From Felis catus (lineage: Eukaryota): a DNA stretch of 64,000 bases. The notes under the pieces are model-generated. The model made no database searches. It worked only from the letters and a program-made list of their open reading frames with translations, and had not been told where the DNA came from. This document shows, one piece after another, positions 25,334 to 37,369 of the stretch. The stretch covers positions 106,580,001 through 106,644,000 of the forward strand of contig NC_058368.1 in assembly GCF_018350175.1 (NCBI RefSeq), written 5' to 3'. Position 1 is the first letter of the stretch. The number at the start of each line of letters is the position of its first letter. The translations under genes and the position numbers were made by a program.

Positions 25334-25551
25334 TACATTTAAAGATTTTTTTTAATGTTTATTTATTTTTGAGAGAGAGAGAGAGACAGTGTGGATGGGA
25401 GAGGGAAATACAGAATCTGAAACAGGCTCTAGGCTCTAGGCTCCAAGCTGTCAGCACAGAGCCTGACGCAAGGCTTGAACTCACGGACTGCAAGATCATG
25501 ACCTGAGCCAAAGTCGGGTGCTTAATCCACTGAGCCACCAAGATGCCCCCC
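25334..25551 (-). mobile_element. CanSINE with internal 7-bp duplication
   Basis: ggctcta-ggctcta-ggctcca; TSD aaaacccgagacgatta/aaaacctgagaccatta. Confidence 0.93.
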
Positions 25552-25985
25552 AAAACCTGAGACCATTAAGGCAAAGCCTGTTTGGGATTTGATATAAATA
25601 TGACGCACTGACTGAAATGTGCCTGCATTTTATTAAAATGATCTATAGGTCTTATGGTAACAAGGATCTTGGGGTTAATGTATTTACAACCAGCAAAGGA
25701 GGCAGCATCCCTCGGGTATGAAATCATGCTAGCCCTTTTGCCCCAGGATATAAATGGGCAGAGTTACCAGTTTTCTAAGTACACACTTAATAACGCCTTC
25801 CTGCCAAGAAGTATCAACTTCACAAGACCTTATTTTAGAAACACATGCCACAGATTGCTAATAGAAAGACTTTTTATGACAGCTTACCCTGTGTAAGCCA
25901 GCCACATGTGGCTTCAGGAGGGATGTCTGTCTATTTTGTGGCACTAGCCTGAAAATCTTAAATTCAAAGATCTTTATGACACTGT

Positions 25986-26030
25986 GATTCGTCTTCATCT
26001 CCATGGATGGCATGGAGATGAGGATGAATT
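25986..26030 (+). repeat. Inverted repeat / 20-bp hairpin stem
   Basis: gattcgtcttcatctccatg-gatgg-catggagatgaggatgaatt: 17 Watson-Crick + 3 G-U pairs, no bulges. Confidence 0.85.
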
Positions 26031-26208
26031 CTCAATATTTTCCTCCTTGCTGATGAGTGTATTAAGGGATATTTTAAATGAAGTTATGTTTGGTTGTTTG
26101 TTGTTTTGAATGTATTACCCTAAATTATCAAAAGTGTTCTTGGAATCAAATGTATTACAGTTGTCTCAGGATGTTGATGGATGCTCATTTTAAAGAAGTC
26201 TTTCGTAG

Positions 26209-26463
26209 CTTTTTTTTTTTAGAAAGTTTTTTTTTTTAATTTTTAAAAAAAATTTTTTTTCAACATTTATTTATTTTTGGGACAGAGAGAGACAGAGCAT
26301 GAACGGGGGAGGGGCAGAGAGAGAGGGAGACACAGAATCGGAAACAGGCTCCAGGCTCCGAGCCATCAGCCCCGAGCCTGACGCGGGGCTCGAACTCATG
26401 GACCGCAAGATCGTGACCTGGCTGAAGTCGGACGCTTAACCGACTGCACCACCCAGGCGCCCC
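26209..26463 (-). mobile_element. Young felid SINE (SINEC_Fc-like)
   Basis: CpG-rich; shares diagnostics (gtcccaaaaataaa, cttcagccaggtcacgatc) with copies at 60142 and 63554; no clean TSD. Confidence 0.95.
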
Positions 26464-26839
26464 CTTTGTGCACACTTCAAAACCAAGGGCCTTACACCTT
26501 GTTTAAGACTTGTGGAAGAAGTAAACCAACCCCCACTTCTGTAAGGCTATCCACAGTCCGCATGAGAAAGAACTGAGTTTGAAGAACTGAGAGAAAGTCT
26601 TAGCAGAGGTGTGTTGGAATGCTATGATATTTCCTCTCCCTGGCCTCATCAGAGAGGCAGGCACAGACTTTCTCCTTACTTCCAACCCAGTGATAAAGGC
26701 TTCAAGGAGACTGTTCATATGGGGAAGTGGGGTTGGACATCTTTCTAGATTTTGATTCCGTGAAACTGACTGCCCGCCATCATGACATGACCCCAAACAC
26801 CACTTTTGAAATAAAGGTGGCCCCAAGAGGAGAACAGAA

Positions 26840-27160
26840 CATGATAGTTGACCTTGCCAATAATAATTAGAATAGGATGTGATAAATGTTGTAATAAAGG
26901 CACCAAGCTCTAGTAAAGGAAAAGGAATGATAGCCCTGCATGTAGGAGTCTGTGAAAACCCATGGCAAGGTGTGGGTGGGATGATAGAAGGTGAAGTAGA
27001 GTTACCCAGCAAAGTGGAGAATATCTGAGCAGAAGTGATAGGTGTGCTATTTCCGATGAGAGGGAGACCAACCTCGTTTTTATAATGGCAGGAGCCTGGA
27101 GGTTGCTGAAGTATGGGGAGCATGGGTGCCGAAAGGCATGATCAAAGATGGGTGGGAGAA
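26840..27160 (-). mobile_element. Degraded L2 fragment
   Basis: Purine-rich L2-like pattern (tgataaatgttgtaataaagg..gaaggtgaagtagagtt..gcatttcc-like). Confidence 0.4.
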
Positions 27161-28238
27161 GCAGATCGGGGCAAAACAGACAGCTTCTTAAGTCATCCAA
27201 ACATTCCAGAACATTCCAAATGAACACAGTGTGAACAGAGTTGTTTTTTTTTTTCTCCCTGGATGGCTTAAATATGAGATGATCATTAAATCTGATGCTG
27301 AGACTGTTTAACAATTAACAGTAAAATGTGCATTGCCGGTTAAACACCATGTGGCTCTTACAACAAGCTCTTACTAGGCAAGTAAACGCAAATCACACTC
27401 TGTACCCAAAATGACACCAGAGCGAATCATTAAGTTCTGTGGCTTAGGTTTTTTTTTTCTCAATATCCTAGATCTTCACAGAGTGGTCTGCTCTAGGTAT
27501 GGGGTTAATTATTATCTTCTTTTTGTTCAAGTGCATTTTCACCTAATATCTCTGTGAAACTGTATTTGGAGAAACACGGGAATATTTGATTTCTTCTTGA
27601 CCTGATTGTCTTTGGAGTATTAAAATACCATAAAATGCAGGGTTTTTTTCCCTGCTAATAATTTAAGTCACTAGATGCTAAGTCACAGCTTTCAGGTAGG
27701 AGATTTTAAAAATCTGTCATGTACTTAGAGATCTTACCACTTCACTGAAGAGGACATGGAGGATGAAATAGGTGATCTCTCCCACCGTGGTTCCTTACAA
27801 TTACAGAAAAATAATCAAACGTCTTGAAACGTCCTGGAAAATGCCTTAAATTCTTTTAAGACACCCACATCCATGGTCACTTCACTTTGTTTAAGTAATC
27901 TTTGCCTCCGATTTTAAGTGTTAGAGTTGATTTTGTTGGAGTTTGCCCTTGAGGCTCCTCTCAAATAACCACTTCCACAAACATTCTTTTCAAACTGTCA
28001 CATCTAAAGAGGATCCTTCAGCCCTCTCATTTATAATCAGGTGCCTCCCCTCTCAGTGTGAGCTTAAGCAAGAGCTCAGGCATGCCAGGAAAGCTTCAGC
28101 CGAACTGAATACTGATGAGGTGATAACTTCAAAGAAGATATCGCTCAGTTCACGCCAGGTTGGCAGCTGCAAGACAGGAAACTCAAGTGCTTTGTGCCTC
28201 ATTGATTCATATCCTTTGTGACTGTGGAAGGGACTTAC

Positions 28239-28628
28239 CCAGTGATCCCTCAATGAGGTTCTCTTTCTTTTAATAAGAGATGTCAAAGAAATGGTGGTGT
28301 CTCATCTCGGAGCACCACCTGTTCATAGAACTCTCTTGATGTTTTGAAACTTTCGAGATTTGAAGCTTGTCACTTGGCCTTTCAGGCAGCATTTTATCCA
28401 GCTACATGTAATGTCTTTCACAAATGTGGAGGCTGAGTGGTGGATAGAGTGTCGCCTGCCTCTGGTAAGATTCTTGAGTCCAAGCAAATGGCGGCACTGG
28501 TTTCCCAAGATCTTTCCCTTTCGATCTTTTGCCCCTACTGTCCCTCCCGGTAAGCATAATTTCTACTGTGCGTCCAAGTCAGCAGGTAAATCCGTGGCCC
28601 ATGATGCATAAGCTTTTCTGTCCCTTCT
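28239..28628 (-). ncRNA. Candidate non-coding exon (lncRNA or UTR), unverified
   Basis: Minus strand: TACTAAC branch point (28678-28672), AG-free pyrimidine tract ending ttttag at 28629, donor TGG|GTAAGT at 28239/28238; stops in all 3 frames. Confidence 0.3.
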
Positions 28629-29469
28629 CTAAAACAGAAGAGTACAATGAAACAATTAATTATAGTAATGTGTTAGTAGTATAAGATTAATATAACCCAC
28701 AGTCAGTGACATCATATAAACTGTATCATAGCAATAAAAGTACATTGTTGAGAACAAAATTCTCTCAGGCACAAAAGCAGTAACTCAAAGCATACAGTCT
28801 ACTGCAAATAGATCAAAAGATAAGCTACAAGCTGAAAAGAGATGTATTTCATTAAAATCCTAAAATCTTTATATTCTAGCTGTAATTTTAACAGTTGGCA
28901 ATACATATTTAATATAAATATATAGACAGTTTGAGTATGCATTAAAACCACTCATAAAATTTTAGTGACAGTCAAGGCTTATTGATGTGATATTTTCAGA
29001 TTTATAAGGAAGCCTTCTCATTTACTTTCATTAAAGCAAATTTGGTTGAACACGCTTTCAAAGTGATATTGATGGTTAATGGGGCTTAGTGCTTTTTATT
29101 TCTGTTTATTCTGATAAGCTAAGTGGAAATAGCTCTAAAGAGCTGTTTTTAGAAAGGCAAATCTGTAAACGGGGCACAATGAATATTACCTAACATGTAG
29201 GCTAAACAGGAATACCGTCACACAGTAAGGGTGAGGTACTCAAAAATTCAATTCACATCTATGGGAAGTCCCGTTTTGCTGATTCACTCTCCTCTCCCCA
29301 GTATTATGACTTCGTGAATTATTTCTTTAGTATTTTGTCTCCTTAATAGATAAATAAAATCAAATGAAATGTTTTTTACTAGAATCCTAACCACAAAAGT
29401 TCTCATAAAGACTCAAATGTCATAGTCCCTTATTTCCTTGTCTTACTTCCCTTGGGGTAAAGTTTGGAT

Positions 29470-29565
29470 TTAATCAACATATTATTAAATGCCTGCTATG
29501 TACCAGGCACTGGTTCACATACGCTCACACATGTAATCTCATTTCATTTTCAAACAGCACAAAAA
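29470..29565 (-). mobile_element. MIR/L2 3' fragment
   Basis: aatgcctgctatgtaccaggcactg..taatctcatttcattttcaaacagc. Confidence 0.55.
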
Positions 29566-30159
29566 CCTCTCAGTGGCATTAATAAGAAGGCAACTTGTTA
29601 GGATTTTGGAAACCGCCAAAGCCCTGGTTTAAGTTATACAAAATGTGAGTAAATATATTTTCATGGATTGTGTTCTGAGAAAGATTTTGGCCTGTTTATT
29701 TGAATAGGTATAGTTGCCATGCTTCCTGAAACAAAGTGAATTTGTTTCACATCTGTTCTGTGTCCACAGTACTTTACGTTATCTTGATATAATGGACATT
29801 TGTTTTGGTTACTCTCCGGCCGTAGTCCTAGAGTCTGTTTAGCATTGCTTCACATTTATCCTAGATGCTTCTGCGATTTCCCCAGGAACGGTAAAAAAAA
29901 AAAAAAAGGTATGCACGTTATTAACAGTGCTGTTTCTACTCCGATCTTTATCACTGCACTTCTGCTGAGCCTTTCACTATCACATTCTCACAAATGGAAT
30001 TTGTAGAGCTCGCCTTGACTGTCTGCAGTCAGAAAGCTTTTCTAACTCTTACATCAAGGGTTGTAGAAGTTAGGAAAGAATTAGCACACTTCTTCAGTTG
30101 AAAAACCTGTCATACTCCTATTTCTCCAAGAGTGCTGTTGAAGCATGTCCGAACACAAC

Positions 30160-30780
30160 TTGAACTACGGGACCCCTCCTCTTCAGTGTCTCTAGGACTT
30201 TGGTTATTGTTATCATCTATCCCTCCTGACTTACTGCTCTCTCCTCTCTGCAAATCATTCTTGTAGGAAAATTAGCAATGCACATCTTAGAAAAACAAAA
30301 AGTCCCCTTGATCCCCTTCCCCTTTCATCAGAGTTCCGTTTTGCCTTCTCCCTTTTGTAACTCTATGGAAAATGCATTAATATGTCCTGCTTCTGTTTCC
30401 TCCTTACCCATCCAAGCTTCAGTGCATTCCAATTTGGCTTCTGCCTCCAGCACAAGAAAACTGTTCTTATCAGTGCTTACCACTTTTCCAAATCCCATTT
30501 GACTTTTACTGAGGTTATGCAGATTCTCAGCAGCATTTGACATAGTTGCACTATCAGTTTTTCTCAAAATAATCTCTTCGACTAGGTTTTATGTGCCTTT
30601 CTACCTTGGCATTTGTTGCTTCTATGAATTTCTTGCTTCTCCTTATTTATCTTTGCTATAAAATTTGGAAGTTTCAAGGGCCAGATCCTAGACTTTATCT
30701 TAACTCTCTGCGTTCTCCCTTGGTTATTTTATTGAGTCTTCTGGCTTTAAATATCATCAGTACAGTTAAGTTCACTCTCT
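30160..30780 (+). mobile_element. L2 LINE ORF2 (RT) fossil
   Basis: tcagcagcatttgacatagtt = SAAFDIV (cf. L2 DLSAAFDTVDH), preceded by ccaatttggcttctg..gaaaactgttctt (QSGF..TETAL-like). Confidence 0.7.
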
Positions 30781-30830
30781 TATCCAAAAGAGGCATATTA
30801 TTTCTTGTTTAGCAGAAAGACAGAACTGCA

Positions 30831-31048
30831 GGGCACCTGGGTGGCTCAGTTGGTTGAGTGTTTGACGTCAGCTCAGGTCATGATCTCATGGTTTGTGAGT
30901 TCGAGCCCTGTGTCAGGCTCTGTGCTGACAGCTTGGAGCCTGGAGCCTGCTTTGGATTCTGTGTATCCTTCTGTCTCTGCCCCTCCCCTACTCACACACT
31001 CTCTCTCAAAAAATAAATGAACATTAAAAACAATTTTAAAAAAGAAAA
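30831..31048 (+). mobile_element. CanSINE
   Basis: TSD acagaactgca x2. Confidence 0.95.
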
Positions 31049-31393
31049 ACAGAACTGCAAAATACCATTTAGGACACTTTTGCTCTATTTCCTTGGCCAA
31101 AAAACCCCACCAAATTATTATTCTCTTTTTTCTTACTATTAGTTATTTGAAAGTCCTCACTTAAATATTTCCTGTTATCAGTTTGCTCTCCTTCTGAGTT
31201 GTGTTCATTCTCTAACTTTTCTCCATGTTTACTGAGTTATGGTGCACAGTAGAGAGTACATAATGCATACTACACAGCACAGCTCTGTGTGTAGTTGGTG
31301 ATGCATAATCATCCAAGACTTTGGATGATAAGATATCTACAACCCCAACTTCCCTATTGTAGAAATGAGAGTCATAAGTATGAAATATTTAAA

Positions 31394-31418
31394 AAAAATT
31401 TTTAAATGTTTATTTACT

Positions 31419-31464
<46 letters not shown>

Positions 31465-31628
31465 TGAGTGTGGGAGAGGCAGTCAGAGAGGAAGACACAG
31501 AATCTGAAACGGCTCCAGGCTCTGAGCTGTCAACACAGAGCCTGACGCGGGGCTGGAATCCACAAACCACGAGATCATGACCTGAGCCAAAGTTGGATGC
31601 TCAACTGACTGAGCCACCCAGACGCCCC
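31394..31628 (-). mobile_element. CanSINE with long (GA)n
   Basis: TSD atgaaatatttaaa/atgatatatttaaa. Confidence 0.95.
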
Positions 31629-32720
31629 ATGATATATTTAAATGTCAGGATAGACAGTATTCTGTATGCTTATAAATATACAAGTAGCAATTGGTATGAC
31701 ATTCAGAGGAAAAAAAGTTAAGTATGAGCTGGAGTAATCTAGAAACTAGAAGACCCTTTCCATCCCAAGATTGTTCTCCTAAGTCAAAGAAGCTTCCACA
31801 TAGTCTTGTTGTAGATTATCAACAGTCTTAAGTAGGATCAGCTCTTTGTTCCAACAATTCCAATTAAGACAATCTTCCTAGAGAAACAAAGTGAGGCATA
31901 TGATTTAATCTATAAGAACTTTTCTCAGAATGTTATTCATAGTAAAATATCAGCTGTATATATCCACCATTAAATAACCAAGCATGTTAATTTTGATATA
32001 TTGGTATGATACTAAGCAGTATTTTGAAAAATATATATATACACACACACACACACGTGTATATACATGTATACATACATATGTATATGTTTACATTATA
32101 TATATACATGTATATATACCAATTATGCAGTTAAAGACTGTAAAAATAAAAGATGGAAATATAAACTAGAATAAGATAGTAATAGCAATAATATCTGGAT
32201 AGTTGATTTTTTATAGTAGTTGTGTGCTTGTCTATATTACAATTTTTATGAGAACCATATATTGCATTAGTGACCAGAAAATTTAAATATATAATGAGTA
32301 CTTGTCTAATCTTTCCATCCAAGAGGATTTCGTTTACTAAAGAAAATAGCGCTAGTGATTTCTCCCATCCTCTGCTGTTAACACACATTTCATTCACTAG
32401 TCCTTTTTGATTGCCCATGAAATTAAAACCTTGATTTACTGGGGTAGCTTATGTTCCAAATATTTGTAATTATTTATCTTACTAATTCCTAGAAAATAGA
32501 AGTTCACTCTGATATCTTTGTTCTATTTCACATCCACAGGCAAACATGCGAACAGTACTGATTTTTATTTGTAATTTTATTATTTGTTTTGTTTCCTTTT
32601 TGAATATTTCATTGTGATCTATGTTAGAGATAAAATTGACTAAAATCAGTCATTTCAGTTTAATGGATAATAAAATGAAAATGTATGTTTTCATTGCTCA
32701 CATTAAGAAATATTCTTTTT

Positions 32721-33551
32721 AAGACATCCGGATGGCCAACAGGCACATGAAAAGATGTTCAGCGTCGCTCCTTATCAGGGAAATACAAATCAAAACCACA
32801 CTCAGGTATCACCTCACGCCAGTCAGAGTGGCCAAAATGAACAAATCAGGAGACTATAGATGCTGGAGAGGATGTGGAGAAACGGGAACCCTCTTGCACT
32901 GTTGGTGGGAATGCAAATTGGTGCAGCCGCTCTGGAAAGCAGTGTGGAGGTTCCTCAGAAAATTAAAAATAGACCTACCCTATGACCCAGCAATAGCACT
33001 GCTAGGAATTTATCCAAGGGATACAGGAGTACTGATGCATAGGGGCACTTGTACCCCAATGTTGATAGCAGCACTCTCAACAATAGCCAAATTATGGAAA
33101 GAGCCTAAATGTCCATCAACTGATGAATGGATAAAGAAATTGTGGTTTATATACACAATGGAATATTACGTGGCAATGAGAAAAAATGAAATATGGCCTT
33201 TTGTAGCAACGTGGATGGAACTGGAGAGTGTGATGCTAAGTGAAATAAGCCATACAGAGAAAGACAGATACCATATGGTTTCACTCTTATGTGGATCCTG
33301 AGAAACTTAACAGGAACCCATGGGGGAGGGGAAGGAAAAAAAAAAAAAAACAGGTTAGAGTGGGAGAGAGCCAAAGCATAAGAGACTGTTAAAAACTGAG
33401 AACAAACTGAGAGTTGATGGGGGGTGGGAGGGAGGAGAGGGTGGGTGATGGGTATTGAGGAGGGCACCTTTTGGGATGAGCACTGGGTGTTGTATGGAAA
33501 CCAATTTGTCAAGAAATTTCATATAAAAAAAATAAAAAAAATAAAAAAAAA
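32721..33551 (+). mobile_element. Young 5'-truncated felid L1 (uninterrupted ORF2 C-terminal 189 aa, 3'UTR, poly-A)
   Basis: Open ORF 32732-33301 with CCHC knuckle [19 protein letters not shown]-rich 3'UTR; perfect 16-bp TSD aagaaatattcttttt (32705-32720, 33552-33567). Confidence 0.97.
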
Positions 33552-33569
33552 AAGAAATATTCTTTTTGA

Positions 33570-33756
33570 GGAGTGCCTGGGTGGCTCAGTTTGTTAAGTG
33601 CCTGACACTTGTTTTCAGCTCAGCTCATGATCTCATGGCTCATGGGATCAAGCCCAGCGTCAGGCTCTGTGCTGACAATATGGAGCCTGCTTGAGATTCT
33701 CTCTCTGCTCCTTCCTCCTCCCCTCCACCAAATAAATAAATAAACATTAAAAGAAG
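33570..33756 (+). mobile_element. CanSINE (older) abutting the L1 TSD
   Basis: Head ggagtgcctgggtggctcag; flanks aagaaatattctttttga/aagaaatatttcctttga. Confidence 0.92.
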
Positions 33757-33959
33757 AAGAAATATTTCCTTTGAATTCCACAGGGTTGCTTTCCTGACCA
33801 GCTCCAAGAATAACTGTCAATGTGTGTGTTCATCTTAATTGCAATTGTCAAAACAAACAGACTTAAGTATCAGTCACAATCCCGTTCCTGGTCCGACACA
33901 CCTAGTACTGATAGGTTTTAACTTAACTTGAATTACTATTAAATTGCTAAATATAAAAT

Positions 33960-34190
33960 TGACTTTTACTGTAGATTTAAAGTTCCTTTCTCTGATAGTC
34001 ATAGGGCTGAGCTTCTTTACATAGGCTTAGGATTCATTTGCATTTATTCCTCTGTACAATACCTGTTGATGCTTTTCCATCACTTTTCTATTTAATAATT
34101 ATTTGTATGGGTCCGTAGATGTTGTTTATATGCTCCGGGTAAAAATCCTGGGTTAGTTATAGGCATTAGTTTGGCAGTGTGTGGTCTGTA
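33960..34190 (-). mobile_element. Old L1M fragment
   Basis: ctgagcttctttacata..catttgcatttattcctctgtacaatacctgtt resembles antisense L1 ORF2 3' region. Confidence 0.55.
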
Positions 34191-34196
34191 TTTTTA

Positions 34197-34582
34197 CTCC
34201 ATGATCTAGCAAACCCACTTTTGGATGTTGATCCAAAAAAAGTCAAGTCAGCATCTCAAAGGGTTATCAGTATTATTAGGTTTGTTGCAGCACTATTCAC
34301 AGTAACCAAGATATGGAAACGATCTCAGTGTCCACCAACAGGGATAAAGATAATGTGGGATATACACACAGTGGAATACTATACCACCTTAAAGAGATGG
34401 AGATTTTGCAGTATACAACAACAGGGACGAAACTTGAGGATTTTATGCTGAGATAAGCCAGTCACAGTAAGACAGATACGGCCTAATTCCACTTACCTGA
34501 TGTATCTGAAGTAGTCAGATTTGTTAGAAGAGTAGGTCTCATGTTAGATGTTTGTATCACATGAAAATAAAATTTTAAAAAA
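34197..34582 (+). mobile_element. L1MA/MB-type 3' end
   Basis: ORF remnant HDLANPLLDVDPK..FVAALFTVTKIWK (L1 ORF2 C-term), 3'UTR and A tail. Confidence 0.8.
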
Positions 34583-34729
34583 TAGAAGTGATGATTTTTA
34601 TAATAATGGTTATATGTATATAAATATCACGTTATCAGCATTCATGATATGTCATTTGCATTTGACTCTTTTATAAAGATCGATTGAATCCTAGCTTTCA
34701 TGATGATAATAATGATGGTAGTAATAGTA

Positions 34730-34965
34730 CTTAGAATAACAGCAACACCAAATATTCGAGCACAAAGTATATGTGAAGTTCACAGCTAGGCTACTTTGAT
34801 GTATTTTCCCACTAATAACAACCTATGATACTGCTACTAATGTCGTTCCAAGAAGAAACAGGTTCAGAGTTAGAAGTAATCCTCCCAAGAACATGGAATT
34901 AATTAGTAATATAGCTGGGATTCAACTCAGTTCTTTGCGATTCCAAAGCCCGTTAATGCCATTTG
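34730..34965 (-). mobile_element. MIR
   Basis: aacaacctatg..gaagaaacaggttcagag..cccaag..agctgggattcaactcag..gattccaaagccc. Confidence 0.7.
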
Positions 34966-35554
34966 TCTCCATTCCACCCTAAACAGATTGGTTTAGATAT
35001 GGAGGCTCTCCAACAGAAGGCCTCCTTTCCGTGGCCAGTTCCTTGCTTTCTTTTGTCAGTATCCAAACTCACTTTTTTTATTCCACACAACTTCATTAAA
35101 AAAATTATATGGGTCATATTCAAAAAATGGCAAAAGTCATCAGCATCAATGAGAGTAGAATTAAAGTCTTTGTAACAAGTGAAAATCAAGCTAAATATAG
35201 TAAGTACCTTTGCACTTTTAAATCTAGAACGTTCTGACTTTACAAGTAGCTAAAATGTGACTGTGGTGGAAACAATTCCTCTGAAAAGTCATGACTTTTC
35301 ATCTTCTTCATGCAAAAGGGTGGATAGTGATTTTTGCCTTTAAATATTCCTATGTCAAAAAGTGAGGTGTCTTGGGGTAATGAGGGAAGATTCATTGCGG
35401 CTTAGTTGGAGATGAGATTCTAATCTTCTAATGTTGGCATTTTGATCCTCCGAGGGCTATATAAATTAACGGCATATACCTTAAAAAGATTAAGTTGTTC
35501 TCAGAAATTACGTCATTTTTTGTTTGTTTGGTTACTTCTAATTCATTTTCAGAA

Positions 35555-35735
35555 CCAAGGAATGATAGAATTTTAGAGCTGAGATGGATATCATCTATTC
35601 TATTCCCTTTTCTTTTTAACAATGCAAAATTGTAAAGATGTGTTCCAAAGCAGTTAAATGACTAGCTCAAAGTTTCACATCTAGCCGGACTGGGTTAGAC
35701 CAAAGCCAGTGAAGTTCTCTTTTCACCACAATTCA
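35555..35735 (-). mobile_element. MIR3-like fragment
   Basis: atagaattttagagctg..atcatcta..gttaaatgactagctcaaagtttcaca. Confidence 0.5.
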
Positions 35736-36064
35736 GGGTTATGAATTTACACATGAATATTGACTTGTCTGAATAATATATAGAAAGTGATTTTTTGTGT
35801 GTAAGAATTTGTTAGTCCTAAAGTAATCCTAAAATGAGTAGCTCACGGTTTCACAGCCATCTAGACTATATCCAACCACGATAATTAGGGACTTCAACAA
35901 ATAGACTCTACCATTAAACCACTATAATTATCAGTCAGAAATTTTGTCATGACTTTCTTTCTGTTTGCATTCATACATCATGTAGTACTTACAGGTACAA
36001 ATCATTTGTATTATGGACTTGCTTTATTATTAAGGAAATTAGTCCTAAGAAATGATTCTAAGTA

Positions 36065-36286
36065 GGGGCGCCTGGGTGGCTCAGTCAGTTAAGCATCAGA
36101 CTCTGGCACAGGTCATGATCTCATGGCTCGTGGGCCTGAGCCCTGCGTCGGGCTCTGTATTGACAGTTCGGAGCCTGGACCATGCTTCAGATTCTGTCTC
36201 CCTTGCTCTCTGCCCCTCCCCTGCTTGACCTCCCTTTCTCTCTCTCTCAAATATAAACAAAAACATTTAAAATTTTTATATAAAAA
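36065..36286 (+). mobile_element. CanSINE
   Basis: Perfect 18-bp TSD aagaaatgattctaagta (36047-36064, 36287-36304). Confidence 0.96.
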
Positions 36287-36799
36287 AAGAAATGATTCTA
36301 AGTAATAAAATCAGCCTATGTGTTACATTTGAAAGCCAAAAGTGGAAAATAAAACAGTGATGCAAGTTATTTCTCCAGACCTTCCGAGTTTACTTTAGAA
36401 ATGCGTGAAAGAAACCCCCCAAAGTTTGGTCATCTGTGTATGCATGGTCAGCAAGAAGATTCATGCACCACCAGGCTATGCTATGTGGCATGGGGATCTA
36501 TAACGAGGCCAACACATGTCCTGAAAACTTGTCTTGCAAAAGGTCCTGTTTACAGTATTTCTCCGCATATTAAGGTATTGCTGTGGCACATTCAACGTGG
36601 ACAAAGAGCCTGTTGTTCAAACAAAAAGTCCCCCCTCCCCTTTTCATGTTATTTGATACCTCATGGCCACAAGTGATCAAAAGATGCCTGGGTGCTGAAG
36701 CAAAGAAATGGAATGAGGCTGTTAGGACGTTTGTAGTCAGAATCTTGGGTGGGAAAGTTAGTGAGTTCTGTTCTTTTTTCTGCAGCTTTATATAGATGA

Positions 36800-37090
36800 G
36801 GATGTCTGGTGTGTTCATTCTTCCTTGGCCCCTTTACTATATCCTAATCCAGATTTCGCCATTCAGTGTAGATATTCACTTCTGTGACTCCTAAGACCTG
36901 TACTTGGATAGGAGCTCATTTGTGGATCTTAGATACACACACTTTGCTTCTGTTGTATGTAAATGGAGCATCATGTTAATCCTGGGGCTGCTTGGACTAA
37001 CATAAGAATTATGAGAAATAATGAACTGTGGTTGTTTTGAGCTGCTAATTTTGAAACTAGTTTGCTATGCAGTGATGGATAACCAAAACA
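36800..37090 (+). mobile_element. MaLR LTR 3' part (MLT1H/I/J-like); 5' boundary uncertain
   Basis: gttgttttgagctgctaatttt..tttgctatgcagtgatggataaccaaaaca MLT1 3' terminus. Confidence 0.55.
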
Positions 37091-37369
37091 GAATCCTACT
37101 AGAGTTGGCATAGCAGGTAACCTAAGTTCAGCCTACTGTGCTCAGTGGAACTGGTTTTTGAATTTTTTGACTCCCCACTGCATTTATACCTGTGGTTACA
37201 CTTTTTTCAAACTTTCATTTCTGAGGCACCACTCTCTCCTGATTCTCGTCTAATCTTCTTTCTTTTTCATCTCCATTATCCAGTCCCTTTCTCATCTCAC
37301 CCTTAATTATGGATGGTCCCAAAGTTTGAATCTTGTCTTCCTTCACTTTTTGTAATATATATTTTCTAT

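Noticed and set aside
26503..27123. Longest ORF in the track (206 aa, minus strand)
   Set aside because: No recognisable domain, S/P/L-rich, partly overlaps L2-like sequence, and no supporting splice or Kozak context; likely a chance ORF
28112..28140. CTGATGA (hammerhead core or snoRNA C box)
   Set aside because: No GAAA after stem II; no D box (CTGA) with a terminal stem at snoRNA distance
32732..33301. 189-aa ORF as a host gene
   Set aside because: It is the L1 ORF2p C-terminus of a 5'-truncated insertion with no promoter
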